Shown: positions 8,198 through 15,879 of the stretch, piece by piece
How positions within the stretch are numbered: the stretch's first letter is position 1
Layout of the letters: each line of letters opens with the position of its first letter
Notes under the pieces: model-generated
The model's input: only the letters and a program-made list of their open reading frames with translations
The model's database searches: none
What the model was told of the DNA's origin: nothing
Source: a virus
Length of the DNA stretch: 40,123 nucleotides
Virus record (IMG/VR): IMGVR_UViG_3300005529_000066
Location: 1 to 40,123 of that record
Direction: 5' to 3' (one strand)
Made by a program: the position numbers and the translations under genes

Positions 8198-8571
8198 CAG
8201 GAACGCCGGGTGACACACCCAATCGCACGCACCGAACCGTTATGCTTCTGCCATGTGGACGGATACCCGAAGCCGGCGGCGACAAGAAGTTCAAGGTGGT
8301 CGCGGGCGGCGAGCTCTAAGGAGAGAACATGTTCAGCGGAGCGGAGTCGAAGGGAAGCCCGGTAAATGAGAAAACCCGTGGCCCCGCGCCTTCGCGCTAC
8401 AGCAGGGGGCGGCTACGCCCGACAGGGAAGCGGCATAGCGGCCAAGGCATGGTCATCACGACCATGCCTTTGCTGCGCGGCGAACTTCTCGGATGTCGGC
8501 TACGTCGCAAAGCCGCAGTGGAGCCCGACCGGCCATCGCGCTTCGCACCCTCCGGCTCTGCTCCGCTGAGC
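8198..8571. mobile_element. Putative secondary insertion (MITE-like element or structured-RNA moron) between duplicated gene-junction sequences
   Basis: Flanked by the 16-bp direct repeats. All forward frames have visibly poorer GC3 (~70% by my count) and rare codons. Contains a long inverted repeat and hairpins. Confidence 0.4.
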
Positions 8572-8573
8572 AT
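8329..8573 (+). ncRNA. Inverted-repeat-bounded ~245-nt module; candidate structured RNA (alternatively TIRs of a MITE, or ORF 8329..8589, 86 aa)
   Basis: 8333-8354 pairs with 8548-8569 over 22 positions: 19 WC, 2 GU and 1 mismatch. The helix can be extended to 8329/8573. There is an internal perfect 11-bp hairpin at 8444-8470. The RBS+ATG TAAGGAGAGAACATG (8317-8331) would be partly sequestered. Confidence 0.3.
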
Positions 8574-8587
8574 CGTTAACTGCAAAT
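8572..8587 (+). repeat. Right copy of 16-bp direct repeat ATCGTTAACTGCAAAT
   Basis: 15/16 identical to 8182-8197. Supplies the first 2 nt (AT) of the ATG (8586-8588) of the next gene. Confidence 0.9.
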
Positions 8588-8816
8588 GAAGGATAATGAC
8601 GCCATGACGAAACTTCGCGAAGGTGAAAGCTACTCGCACGAAGGCCCGGAATGTCCGAAGTGCGGCTTCACCTTCATGCCCGACGACTCGATCTACTACG
8701 ACGAGAACCGCTACACCGAGGAGACGTGCCAGGAGTGCCAGACAAAATTCAAGGTTGAGGTCTACCACTCCACGAGCTGGACCTGCACGATCCCCGAACC
8801 GGCTGCGGCTGGTTAA
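8586..8816 (+). CDS. Zinc-ribbon protein, 76 aa
   Basis: CPKCG ... CQECQ pairs. Coding-like codon usage. Confidence 0.6.
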   Translation: MKDNDAMTKLREGESYSHEGPECPKCGFTFMPDDSIYYDENRYTEETCQECQTKFKVEVYHSTSWTCTIPEPAAAG

Positions 8817-8840
8817 GCCTCAGGAAACAGGGAGAGCGAT

Positions 8841-9026
8841 ATGCTAGACGCCGCATGGATGCACCGCGATGAGCGCCCGCTCGGCACGCGGCTGAGCGAT
8901 ATGAAGGCGCATGCCGAGCACTGTCGGCGCGAGGCTGTCCGCATGGAGCGCGAGGCGTCGCGCCTTCGCAACGAAGCGAACGAGACTGAGCGGCAGATCG
9001 AAAATCTGCGGCGCGCTCATAGTTAG
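8841..9026 (+). CDS. Hypothetical coiled-coil protein, 61 aa
   Basis: RBS GGGAGAG upstream of ATG 8841. Confidence 0.5.
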   Translation: MLDAAWMHRDERPLGTRLSDMKAHAEHCRREAVRMEREASRLRNEANETERQIENLRRAHS

Positions 9027-9241
9027 ATAGAGTCGAACCGATGGTATGGAAGACGAAACGCGGGAAGTGGGACTGGCGCAGATTCCTCACCGCGGAAGAG
9101 GCGTCGCTGATCCGTGCTGCCGATCGTGGTGGCGCGAAGAAACAGCGCCGTGACCCGTCCGGCCGGTGACACCGCACATAGTTCCCATCCCTGCGCCAGC
9201 GCCGGCATCAGCGCGAATACCAGGGCGAGCGCGCGGATCAT
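9023..9241 (-). CDS. Small secreted protein, 72 aa (last gene of lysis cassette)
   Basis: ATG 9241 in ATGA overlap with the stop of 9238..9594. N-terminus MIRALALVFALMPALA/QG looks like a Sec signal peptide. GC3 falls off in the distal half. Confidence 0.4.
   Translation of the reverse strand: MIRALALVFALMPALAQGWELCAVSPAGRVTALFLRATTIGSTDQRRLFRGEESAPVPLPAFRLPYHRFDSI
9041..9169 (+). CDS. Possible small ORF, 42 aa (MVWKTKRGKWDWRRFLTAEEASLIRAADRGGAKKQRRDPSGR)
   Basis: ATG 9041 to TGA 9167-9169. Below the track threshold. Overlaps the convergent minus ORF 9023..9241, so at most one of the two is likely real. Confidence 0.25.
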   Translation: MVWKTKRGKWDWRRFLTAEEASLIRAADRGGAKKQRRDPSGR

Positions 9242-9594
9242 GGGTGCGGCCTCATCGTCGCCCACTCGGCTAGCTTGCCGCCGACGTACACCACAAGCCC
9301 GCCAACAACGCCGGCCGCCGTATAGAGCCAGCCAGCAAGGCGCGCGGCGCCTCGAGCTTCTGCCCGCTTCTCCCGATAGTCATCCGTCAGCGGCTTCATC
9401 TCGGCGATATCGCGGGCGACGTTGCGCATGGCCTCGCTAGTCGCCACCACGATATCATGGACCTTGCGATGCTCCTCCGTGCTGGCTTCCTGAAGCCTGT
9501 GAAAATCTTCGCGCAGGTTCTCAACTTCGGCCTGCAAGATGCCGATGGCGACGAAGAGTCGGTTTTCCTCTACGGCCATCAGGGCGCTTCCCAT
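9238..9594 (-). CDS. Coiled-coil protein with C-terminal transmembrane anchor, 118 aa (lysis-cassette associated)
   Basis: Helical N-terminal part. C-terminal TM segment LAGWLYTAAGVVGGLVVYVGG. RBS AAAGGAG upstream. Confidence 0.6.
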   Translation of the reverse strand: MGSALMAVEENRLFVAIGILQAEVENLREDFHRLQEASTEEHRKVHDIVVATSEAMRNVARDIAEMKPLTDDYREKRAEARGAARLAGWLYTAAGVVGGLVVYVGGKLAEWATMRPHP

Positions 9595-9716
9595 TGACGT
9601 TGACGCTCCTTTAACGGCGCGCAGTTAGCCTGTGATATAGCCATTGCTTGTTGCCCCAAGCGACAAGTTGTGGTCAGGCTCGGCGGCGTGTTGGTCGCAC
9701 GTCGCCGGGCCGCTCG

Positions 9717-10124
9717 CTATTTCTGTTTGATCAGCTTCGTGATGCCGACCGCGCCTTCGTACAAGAAGTAGAATCCCAGCACGACTTGGATCACCTGCCA
9801 GAGATTCGGATCAAGAGCGTCGGTATGGCCTGCGGTCCATTGACCGAACGCCTTGTCCCACACATAGATTTTCCAGAACAGAATGCCGATCGGGAGGGCG
9901 ATGAAGGTCCGAACATAGGTGTTCGCCTTCGAAACGCCTGCCTCGGCTATCAAGGTGTCGCGGCGGGCTTGAAGCGTAGCGACGCGTTCGTTCGCCGCAA
10001 TGCGCTCTTGCTCGGTCGTCGCGCCAATTGCTGCAATCTTGGCATTCGCGAGCGCGTTGCTAACGCTCGTGATAGCATCACTGAAGCCCGTCAGAGCCTT
10101 GATACCGCCAATGATCCATTCCAC
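9717..10124 (-). CDS. Membrane protein, holin candidate, 135 aa
   Basis: N-terminal helical region, then hydrophobic segments (FIALPIGILFWKIYVW; LWQVIQVVLGFYFLY). Sits in the lysozyme cassette. Confidence 0.5.
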   Translation of the reverse strand: MEWIIGGIKALTGFSDAITSVSNALANAKIAAIGATTEQERIAANERVATLQARRDTLIAEAGVSKANTYVRTFIALPIGILFWKIYVWDKAFGQWTAGHTDALDPNLWQVIQVVLGFYFLYEGAVGITKLIKQK

Positions 10125-10128
10125 GGCG

Positions 10129-10476
10129 TTAAACCTTCGGCCGCAGCCGAGCCCAAATGGTCAGAGCCGAGAATGCCATCGCGGCGATCATAACGTTCGT
10201 GGGCGTGAAGTAAGCCGAGATGAAACCATTCGCCTTGGCCGCAAATTCCGGATCACCGGAAAGGGTGGCGATCAGGTCGGTCCCCTTTCCGAGCGCAACT
10301 CCGACAGCGCTGACCAGGATCGTCACCTTCTGCAGCAGAATGACCTGCATGCCGCGCTCGGCGGCGACTATGCGCTGCCATGTCGTTCCGGTCGCGGCGC
10401 GGTATCGGACATAAAATCCGATACCGACCCACAGAACGACGGCGGCGGCGGCCAGAGTGAATGCAAGGCTGATCAT
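10129..10476 (-). CDS. Multi-pass membrane protein, holin candidate, 115 aa
   Basis: ATG 10476 in ATGA overlap with the lysozyme stop. About three hydrophobic helices (MISLAFTLAAAAVVLWVGIGFYV...; ...NVMIAAMAFSALTIW). The upstream part of track ORF 10129..10740 is out-of-frame overlap with the lysozyme gene. Confidence 0.6.
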   Translation of the reverse strand: MISLAFTLAAAAVVLWVGIGFYVRYRAATGTTWQRIVAAERGMQVILLQKVTILVSAVGVALGKGTDLIATLSGDPEFAAKANGFISAYFTPTNVMIAAMAFSALTIWARLRPKV

Positions 10477-11006
10477 GTTTTCCTCGCGAATATGGACAGG
10501 ATTGCGGAGAGCCAGCCCGACGGCGGCGCCGGCTGCGGAGATGGTTTCGGCTCGAGTGGCGGGGGCGGCGGAAAGACGTAAGGCGTCTTGAACTGAGCAA
10601 CCTCGCCGCGGCGCCGCCCTAGGATTTCCGGTGGCTTGCTCCACATCAGGAAGGCGTCGGCCGCGCCGGCCATGTCGACCGAATTGATGCGCTTGGCGAC
10701 GGTCGAGCGAGAGAAGCCGGACGGGCCAATGTTGTAGCAAAGGCTCACGCAGGCATCGAACTGGTTTTGGCTGAGTGGCACCTTAACGGCGCTGTTCACC
10801 GCCGTCTCGTATTTCACGAGGTCGAGCGCGAAAATCTCGTCGCATTCGGCCTGCGTGATGGTCAGGCCGGGAGTTACTTCGGGAGGTCCGGCCGAGCTAG
10901 TGTGACCTACCCCGATCGTAAGGACACCCACGGAATCGCGATAGGCTTTGAGCCTAACCCCTTCGCGCGCCATGAGCCGCTTACGGCCTTCATCGCTCGT
11001 CTTCAT
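10473..11006 (-). CDS. Phage lysozyme (GH24-type endolysin) with Pro-rich linker and hydrophobic C-terminal tail
   Basis: EGVRLKAYRDSVGVLTIGVGHT catalytic-region motif. ATG 11006 in ATGA overlap with the upstream gene (alternative GTG 11015). C-terminus PPPPPLEPKPSPQPAPPSGWLSAILSIFARKT. Confidence 0.9.
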   Translation of the reverse strand: MKTSDEGRKRLMAREGVRLKAYRDSVGVLTIGVGHTSSAGPPEVTPGLTITQAECDEIFALDLVKYETAVNSAVKVPLSQNQFDACVSLCYNIGPSGFSRSTVAKRINSVDMAGAADAFLMWSKPPEILGRRRGEVAQFKTPYVFPPPPPLEPKPSPQPAPPSGWLSAILSIFARKT

Positions 11007-11200
11007 CGCAAACACGCCCTCGCCTGGCGGATCATCTTCCGCGTGACGTGGTACTTGCGAATGAGATCGCGTTGCGCCTTCGCCGAAGCAAGTCGAAGTA
11101 CGGGAGCCATCTGCCGCACCGTCTCACACGAAACGGGAAGGTCAGACCCCGCCCATGACGCGGGCGACACAAGCAACAGCAGCACAAGGGCGCGGATCAT
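11003..11200 (-). CDS. Small secreted protein, 65 aa
   Basis: ATG 11200 overlaps the fibre-gene stop (TGATG). Signal-peptide-like MIRALVLLLLVSPASWA/GSD. Confidence 0.55.
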   Translation of the reverse strand: MIRALVLLLLVSPASWAGSDLPVSCETVRQMAPVLRLASAKAQRDLIRKYHVTRKMIRQARACLR

Positions 11201-12330
11201 CACTGCCCCCTCGTGTCGTACCAACCCTGCGTCTCGATCGAGTAGCCGGTCGAAGTGCTGTAGACCATCTTGGTCAGGATTTGTGCAGACGAGTTTGTGA
11301 CGACCTGAAACTCCCCGGTTGATGGTGCACCGGGCAGAGCGCACTGAAGACTTAGGCTCGGAGAACCAGACGTGTAGAACGGATAAATCTGCAGCGTTGA
11401 AGCACCGCCGCTGATGTAGGTAACGCTCGCCGTAAGCTTTGCGATGATGCCGCTGATCTGCGGCACCGTGACCGTGACGTTGTTCTGGTTTCCGCTGACC
11501 GGAACGCCGTTGTTCACGTCAAGAACGCGCGTTCTCCATTCGAACAGGTTTCCCGTCTGTTGGAATGTAGTGATCGCGGAGCCGAGGGTCGTACGAAAGC
11601 ATCCTATGCGCCGGAATGCGCTCGTTCCCGCTGGTGCGTTGGATGCGACCGATGACGTGTCGAAATAAACGTCAGCCACGCCAGCATTGATGATCGCAAA
11701 CACGTAGTACCAGGTGCTCGGCTGGATCGTGAGGCCCGATCCCATACCGGCATTTCCGGAACCAACGACCCATGCGCCGCTGGTGTTTTTCGTGAAAGCG
11801 CTGCTCAGTCGGATCAGCGTGGCGTTGGTGGAATTGAGCGCAGCGCCGGCCGCAATATCGAGCACTGTGTTAGGGCTACCACCGTCGTTAGAGAGCGTAA
11901 ACCCTCCGAGGGAGCCGGGGACGAATTGCGCGTTTGATACTTGAACGGACGGCTGTTCGAGAAAGAACCCGCCGTTGTTGCTGTTCAGCGTTTGACTGAA
12001 GATCAGCCCGTACTTTTGGCCCTGGAGCACGTTGCCGGAATTTGCCTGGGTCACGCCGTCGGCCAGATAGACCGGAAGTGAACCGAGAGCGCCGACTTGA
12101 GCCAGAACGGGGCCGGTGGCATTCGCCGCGGCTTTGAACGCGAATCCGCAGAGTTCAGTATAACCAGCAAGAACGGGCGCGAACGTGAACGGCGTCAGCA
12201 CAATGCTATTAGTGCCGGCCGCCGTGCATGGGATGTAGATCTCGCCCGCGAGATCGTTGAACATATTGTCGAACAGCGACAGCGCGGCTTGCGGTCCAGA
12301 GAGGTTTGCAAATGTGGTTCGGAATGCCAT
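11200..12330 (-). CDS. Putative distal tail fibre / receptor-binding protein, 376 aa
   Basis: G/S/T/N-rich beta-type composition. Coupled to the upstream fibre gene (TAG-CCA-ATG). Last virion gene before the lysis cassette. No specific motif recognised. Confidence 0.5.
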   Translation of the reverse strand: MAFRTTFANLSGPQAALSLFDNMFNDLAGEIYIPCTAAGTNSIVLTPFTFAPVLAGYTELCGFAFKAAANATGPVLAQVGALGSLPVYLADGVTQANSGNVLQGQKYGLIFSQTLNSNNGGFFLEQPSVQVSNAQFVPGSLGGFTLSNDGGSPNTVLDIAAGAALNSTNATLIRLSSAFTKNTSGAWVVGSGNAGMGSGLTIQPSTWYYVFAIINAGVADVYFDTSSVASNAPAGTSAFRRIGCFRTTLGSAITTFQQTGNLFEWRTRVLDVNNGVPVSGNQNNVTVTVPQISGIIAKLTASVTYISGGASTLQIYPFYTSGSPSLSLQCALPGAPSTGEFQVVTNSSAQILTKMVYSTSTGYSIETQGWYDTRGQ

Positions 12331-12333
12331 TGG

Positions 12334-14313
12334 CTAGAACAACCTGATGGCAGTGACGGTCGACGCCTTGGCGACGCCGGAGGTCGAACTCGACATCTGT
12401 CCGTTGGCGGATGACCCGTCCGCGCAAGCCATGCGAATGTTACCGGCCGGGGATGTGATCGGACCGGACAAACTGATGCTGGCAATCTGATTGGCTCCGG
12501 TTGTCGTCTGCCCACCGCTCGCGATGACCGTGGTTCCGTCGTAGAGCTTGCAGGCAAAGCCCGCGGCGGCCGACGTATCAAACAGGCTAACAGTCCCGCT
12601 TGCGAACCATGTTCCGATCGTTCCCTGCGCAACGCTCGGGCCGTCCGTGAAGTTGTTGGCAGCTCCCGTGGCAGTCTGAACGCCGAGCGAATTGGTCAAG
12701 GTCGCCGTCAGTGCCGGAATGACGCGGCCGCCGTTGGAAGTCGCTCCCGTGGTCGCGCCGGGGAGAGCCGTCACGCTCGTGATGTCCAACACGCCGTTGC
12801 CGGAAACGCTGTACTGCGTGCCGGTTGACCCGGATCCCGATCCCGTTCCGCTAAACGTGGTGTTGACCATGTACGCAAGGCCGCGGTCGGCAACGGTGAC
12901 GAAGTTCGTAAAGGTCAGAGAATTCGGGAGGCTGACCGACGCGCCCTGCATTTCGAAGATGCCGCCAGTAACCGAGATCGGCAGCGCGGCGTTGCCGTTG
13001 AAAACCAGCGTCCCGCCTTCCCAGACGAAATGGCCCCACACCACGGAAATGTGCGTGCCGCCGGTGAAGGTGTTGAACTGCAGGTTTTCTCCCGCGAGGT
13101 CGGCATACTTCACCACCTGCACGGCGGTTTGGCTCGACCCCGACGACGCGAACGTGAAGCCGTTCAGTATCACGCAAGCATAGTCGGTCAGCTGCAGGCC
13201 GGTGAATGCCCCAGAGGCCGCGGTCGTCCAGACCGTGTTCGTCGGCGTGACGGGCGAACCCTGAATGATGACGCAGCCGCCGCTTGCGCTGTTGAAGGCG
13301 CCGACAACGCTGACGTTCTCGGTGAACGTCTCCGCGGCGTTCTGGCAAGTCGGCTGCTGCCCGACGTTGGTTACTTGCGCATGAAGGACATCGACGCAGT
13401 GCTGAAGCGTAGCGAACGCGCTGGCCCCGGTCGCAAGGCCGTCGTTCGTCGCAGCGTCGCTCCCAGATGCGTGGTTGACTTGGAAGGTAACGCCCGAGGA
13501 CGATTGCCACTTTCCGGGATTGACGGCCGTCACCCACGCGCCATTGACGATGCGGACCTGACCAAACTGCAGCGGATAAAGGATTGATCCTCCGGCGCCG
13601 AAGTCCGAGGGAAAACCGGAAATGACCTTGCCGCGGGTCGAATCTCCGTTCTTGACCGAGACGACGCAGTTGCTCGCGAACCCAGTGACGGCGGGCAGCG
13701 TCAGCGTAAAAAGACCTGTCGATCCCGTGCCCGCTTGGATGATCTTGCCGCAGTCGCTGGTCTGGATCGTGTACCCGGTGGTCTGCGTGTTGAGAACGCT
13801 GGCGTCGACGCCGGACGGCAGGCGGGCCGCGTTCAGCGTCCCGCTCGAGATGTTGCTCGCGTTCGTAGTGTCGGTGGTCGCCGAGGCCGCAAGCGTGATG
13901 CACTGCAGGCCGGTTCCGGACAGCCACTGCAGAACCTGAGCTGGCGCGGCCTGGCTGCACGATGGCGCGGCGAGGTCGGCCTCGGCCGTCCCGTTGATGG
14001 AGCCCTTGACCGTGTTTGCCAAACCGGGCGCGAGCAGTGCGTTGGTGACGCCGAGCGCCGCAATGCTGATCGTGCAGACGGGGCCGACGCAGTTGATCGA
14101 GATCCCGGCGCCCTGAAGGATGTTGCCGGGGAAAGCCTGCTGCACGAACGCGGTAGACGCAGCCTGGTTGTTGCTGGTGCCGGCCGGCGCCGTCGGAACG
14201 ATGCAGTTCGGGTTGCTCGGGCCGCAGCCCTGCGCCCGCGCCGCCGGAGCCCCGAATAGGGCCGCCAGAAGCAGCAGAAGGACACCTACGCGCGGAAGGA
14301 TCGACGGCAGCAT
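12334..14313 (-). CDS. Tail fibre / tailspike-like protein with beta-helix-like region and signal-peptide-like N-terminus, 659 aa
   Basis: Fibre-type motifs TSNNQAASTAFVQQA and ISSGTLNAARLP. A long G/T/S/N/V-rich repetitive beta region. N-terminus MLPSILPRVGVLLLLLAALFGAPAARA/QG. Served by its own promoter module. Confidence 0.6.
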   Translation of the reverse strand: MLPSILPRVGVLLLLLAALFGAPAARAQGCGPSNPNCIVPTAPAGTSNNQAASTAFVQQAFPGNILQGAGISINCVGPVCTISIAALGVTNALLAPGLANTVKGSINGTAEADLAAPSCSQAAPAQVLQWLSGTGLQCITLAASATTDTTNASNISSGTLNAARLPSGVDASVLNTQTTGYTIQTSDCGKIIQAGTGSTGLFTLTLPAVTGFASNCVVSVKNGDSTRGKVISGFPSDFGAGGSILYPLQFGQVRIVNGAWVTAVNPGKWQSSSGVTFQVNHASGSDAATNDGLATGASAFATLQHCVDVLHAQVTNVGQQPTCQNAAETFTENVSVVGAFNSASGGCVIIQGSPVTPTNTVWTTAASGAFTGLQLTDYACVILNGFTFASSGSSQTAVQVVKYADLAGENLQFNTFTGGTHISVVWGHFVWEGGTLVFNGNAALPISVTGGIFEMQGASVSLPNSLTFTNFVTVADRGLAYMVNTTFSGTGSGSGSTGTQYSVSGNGVLDITSVTALPGATTGATSNGGRVIPALTATLTNSLGVQTATGAANNFTDGPSVAQGTIGTWFASGTVSLFDTSAAAGFACKLYDGTTVIASGGQTTTGANQIASISLSGPITSPAGNIRMACADGSSANGQMSSSTSGVAKASTVTAIRLF

Positions 14314-14336
14314 GCGGGCGCCTTCGGGTTGAAGAC

Positions 14337-14384
14337 GCCGAATTGATATTCAGGTTTAGGAAACTAGGTCAATGCACTGATCAA
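14337..14384 (-). promoter_or_regulatory. Late promoter module, copy 1
   Basis: The minus strand reads TTGATCAGTGCATTGACC-N18-TATCAA-TTCGGC. The -35 is at 14367-14372 and the -10 at 14343-14348. It is 41/48 identical to 28082-28129 and lies upstream of ATG 14313. Confidence 0.6.
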
Positions 14385-14394
14385 AAAAAGGAAC

Positions 14395-14694
14395 TTAGGC
14401 GACCCATTCCAGCGTTGAGATGTTCCCGGTCGAGCTGGCCATGGCGGCATTCCAAGCGCATGTCGCCGGCAAACCGTCAAACATACGGTCCCCTCCTGGG
14501 AAGATCAGAAGCCATCCCGCCCCGCCCGGAGCGGTCGTCACGTTGGCCGGGGCCACGTAGATGCTGATCGTTGCGTGGGGGTTGTGCAGAATCAGCCCGC
14601 GGCGGCTTGGGTTCGGTCCAATGGCCTGACTGGATGCGGTGGTCAGGGCCGCACCGGATCCGACGGGCTGGATCTGGGTCGATCGTGCCGACAT
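14395..14694 (-). CDS. Small beta-rich virion-module protein, 99 aa (paralogue of 15129..15512)
   Basis: RBS GAGGA. Shares the pattern RRxLxIxN...I.V.P..VT.A...G...I.P......AWNA.A....N.T..E with the 127-aa protein. Confidence 0.6.
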   Translation of the reverse strand: MSARSTQIQPVGSGAALTTASSQAIGPNPSRRGLILHNPHATISIYVAPANVTTAPGGAGWLLIFPGGDRMFDGLPATCAWNAAMASSTGNISTLEWVA

Positions 14695-14703
14695 ATGGTG
14701 TCC

Positions 14704-15129
14704 TCAGTATGAGACGACGGCGTTCATGGCGATGGTGTCGGCGGCGTGGTCGATGTCGGCGTTATCGAACACCGTCACGGTCGAGTTTGCCGGGCAGCTG
14801 AACCCGTCCGGGATCGGAGCAAACAGCGTTGCCGGCGTCGCTGCGGCGGTCAGCGGCACGCTACCGCCGAGCGCGATGCGGGTTGTCGTGTTAGCCGCGG
14901 CCGTCGTGCTCATCGACGCGGACCATAGGATGTTGCCTGATGGGTCCTTGATCTGCACGACGGGCACGCGACTGCCGGCTGTCGCGCTCGCCACGTAGGT
15001 GAACAACATCGAAGCGACCAGCACCCATTGGTTTGCGGCGCCGCCCAGGCTCATCGCGCGGCCCGCCGTGACGCCGAGCGCAGCCGCCGCCACGATGACG
15101 GACTGCGGAGTGCCCAGCCGGTTCGACAT
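14704..15129 (-). CDS. Hypothetical virion-module protein, 141 aa
   Basis: ATG 15129 overlaps the upstream TAA (TAATG). The upstream part of track ORF 14704..15339 is out-of-frame overlap. Confidence 0.55.
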   Translation of the reverse strand: MSNRLGTPQSVIVAAAALGVTAGRAMSLGGAANQWVLVASMLFTYVASATAGSRVPVVQIKDPSGNILWSASMSTTAAANTTTRIALGGSVPLTAAATPATLFAPIPDGFSCPANSTVTVFDNADIDHAADTIAMNAVVSY

Positions 15130-15512
15130 TACGGGTACTCCCACACGGTCACGTTCGTCGCGCCGCCGGTTGCAATAGCGTTCCATGCCGCGGTGTTGAG
15201 GCCGGGAATGGCTGGGAACGGATCGCAGGAAGTGACGTTCGACGCCACAGGCGCGATGACGAAGCAGCCGGCGGCGTTCGCGGCGGGCGTCACGCCGGCC
15301 GGGCAAATCCACACCGGATTGGTCGCGCCTGCGTTGCATATTTTCAGGAAGCGCCGCGTCGGATTCGCGGCCACCAAGGCGGTCCCGCCGGCCGTGGTCG
15401 GGATCGACAGCGACTGCGCGGCGAGCGGCGAGGATTGCGTCGGCGCGCCTTGGGCGTTGGCCGCACCGATCAGCGCGGCTGAGATCAGCAGGGAAGCGAG
15501 AAGCGACTTCAT
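15129..15512 (-). CDS. Secreted small beta-rich protein, 127 aa
   Basis: RBS AAGGAGA. Clear Sec signal MKSLLASLLISAALIGAANA/QG. The mature part is paralogous to 14395..14694. Confidence 0.65.
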   Translation of the reverse strand: MKSLLASLLISAALIGAANAQGAPTQSSPLAAQSLSIPTTAGGTALVAANPTRRFLKICNAGATNPVWICPAGVTPAANAAGCFVIAPVASNVTSCDPFPAIPGLNTAAWNAIATGGATNVTVWEYP

Positions 15513-15525
15513 GGCTTGGTTCTCC

Positions 15526-15879
15526 TTAGCCTCGTTTCAGGTAGAGCAGGATGGTCGGAATGAGCGCGGTCCCGGAGAAGCCGAGAGCCGCATAGGTGCG
15601 CGTGGCGTCGGGCTGGTAGACCGCAAATCCCCACAGCAGGCACGCCGCAATGGTGGCGATCAGCGCCGGCAGGCGAGCCGCAACCACGTCAAGTGCGGCG
15701 TTGATCGTAGCCACGTACTGCTTGTTCACGCGCGGGCGCGGTGCAGCGACTTCCTCGATCGGCGCGCTGAACAGCGGCCGGAGCGGCGTGACGTTGCCGG
15801 GCTGCGGGCCGTCGTAGCCTTCCGCCTCGTAGTTCACGGGGGCGGGTTGACCCGCTTCCTCAACCGAAAAACGACTCAT
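15526..15879 (-). CDS. Membrane protein, 117 aa (two C-terminal TM helices)
   Basis: RBS GGAGAG. TM helices LPALIATIAACLLWGFAV and GFSGTALIPTILLYL. Confidence 0.55.
   Translation of the reverse strand: MSRFSVEEAGQPAPVNYEAEGYDGPQPGNVTPLRPLFSAPIEEVAAPRPRVNKQYVATINAALDVVAARLPALIATIAACLLWGFAVYQPDATRTYAALGFSGTALIPTILLYLKRG

Noticed and set aside
8351-8385. AGGGAAGCCCGGTAAATGAGAAAACCCGTGGC resembles the GGGAAGCCGGTGAGAATCCGG segment of cobalamin riboswitches.
   Set aside because: The B12-box (…AGYCMGGAGACCKGCC…) and the CCCGC-ACTGT element are not present downstream, and the context (a phage early operon) does not fit. It is treated only as part of the unexplained structured module.
11200-14313. 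Looked for a diversity-generating retroelement acting on the fibre genes.
   Set aside because: There is no reverse transcriptase gene anywhere in the window, and I found no template/variable repeat pair near the 3' ends of the fibre genes.
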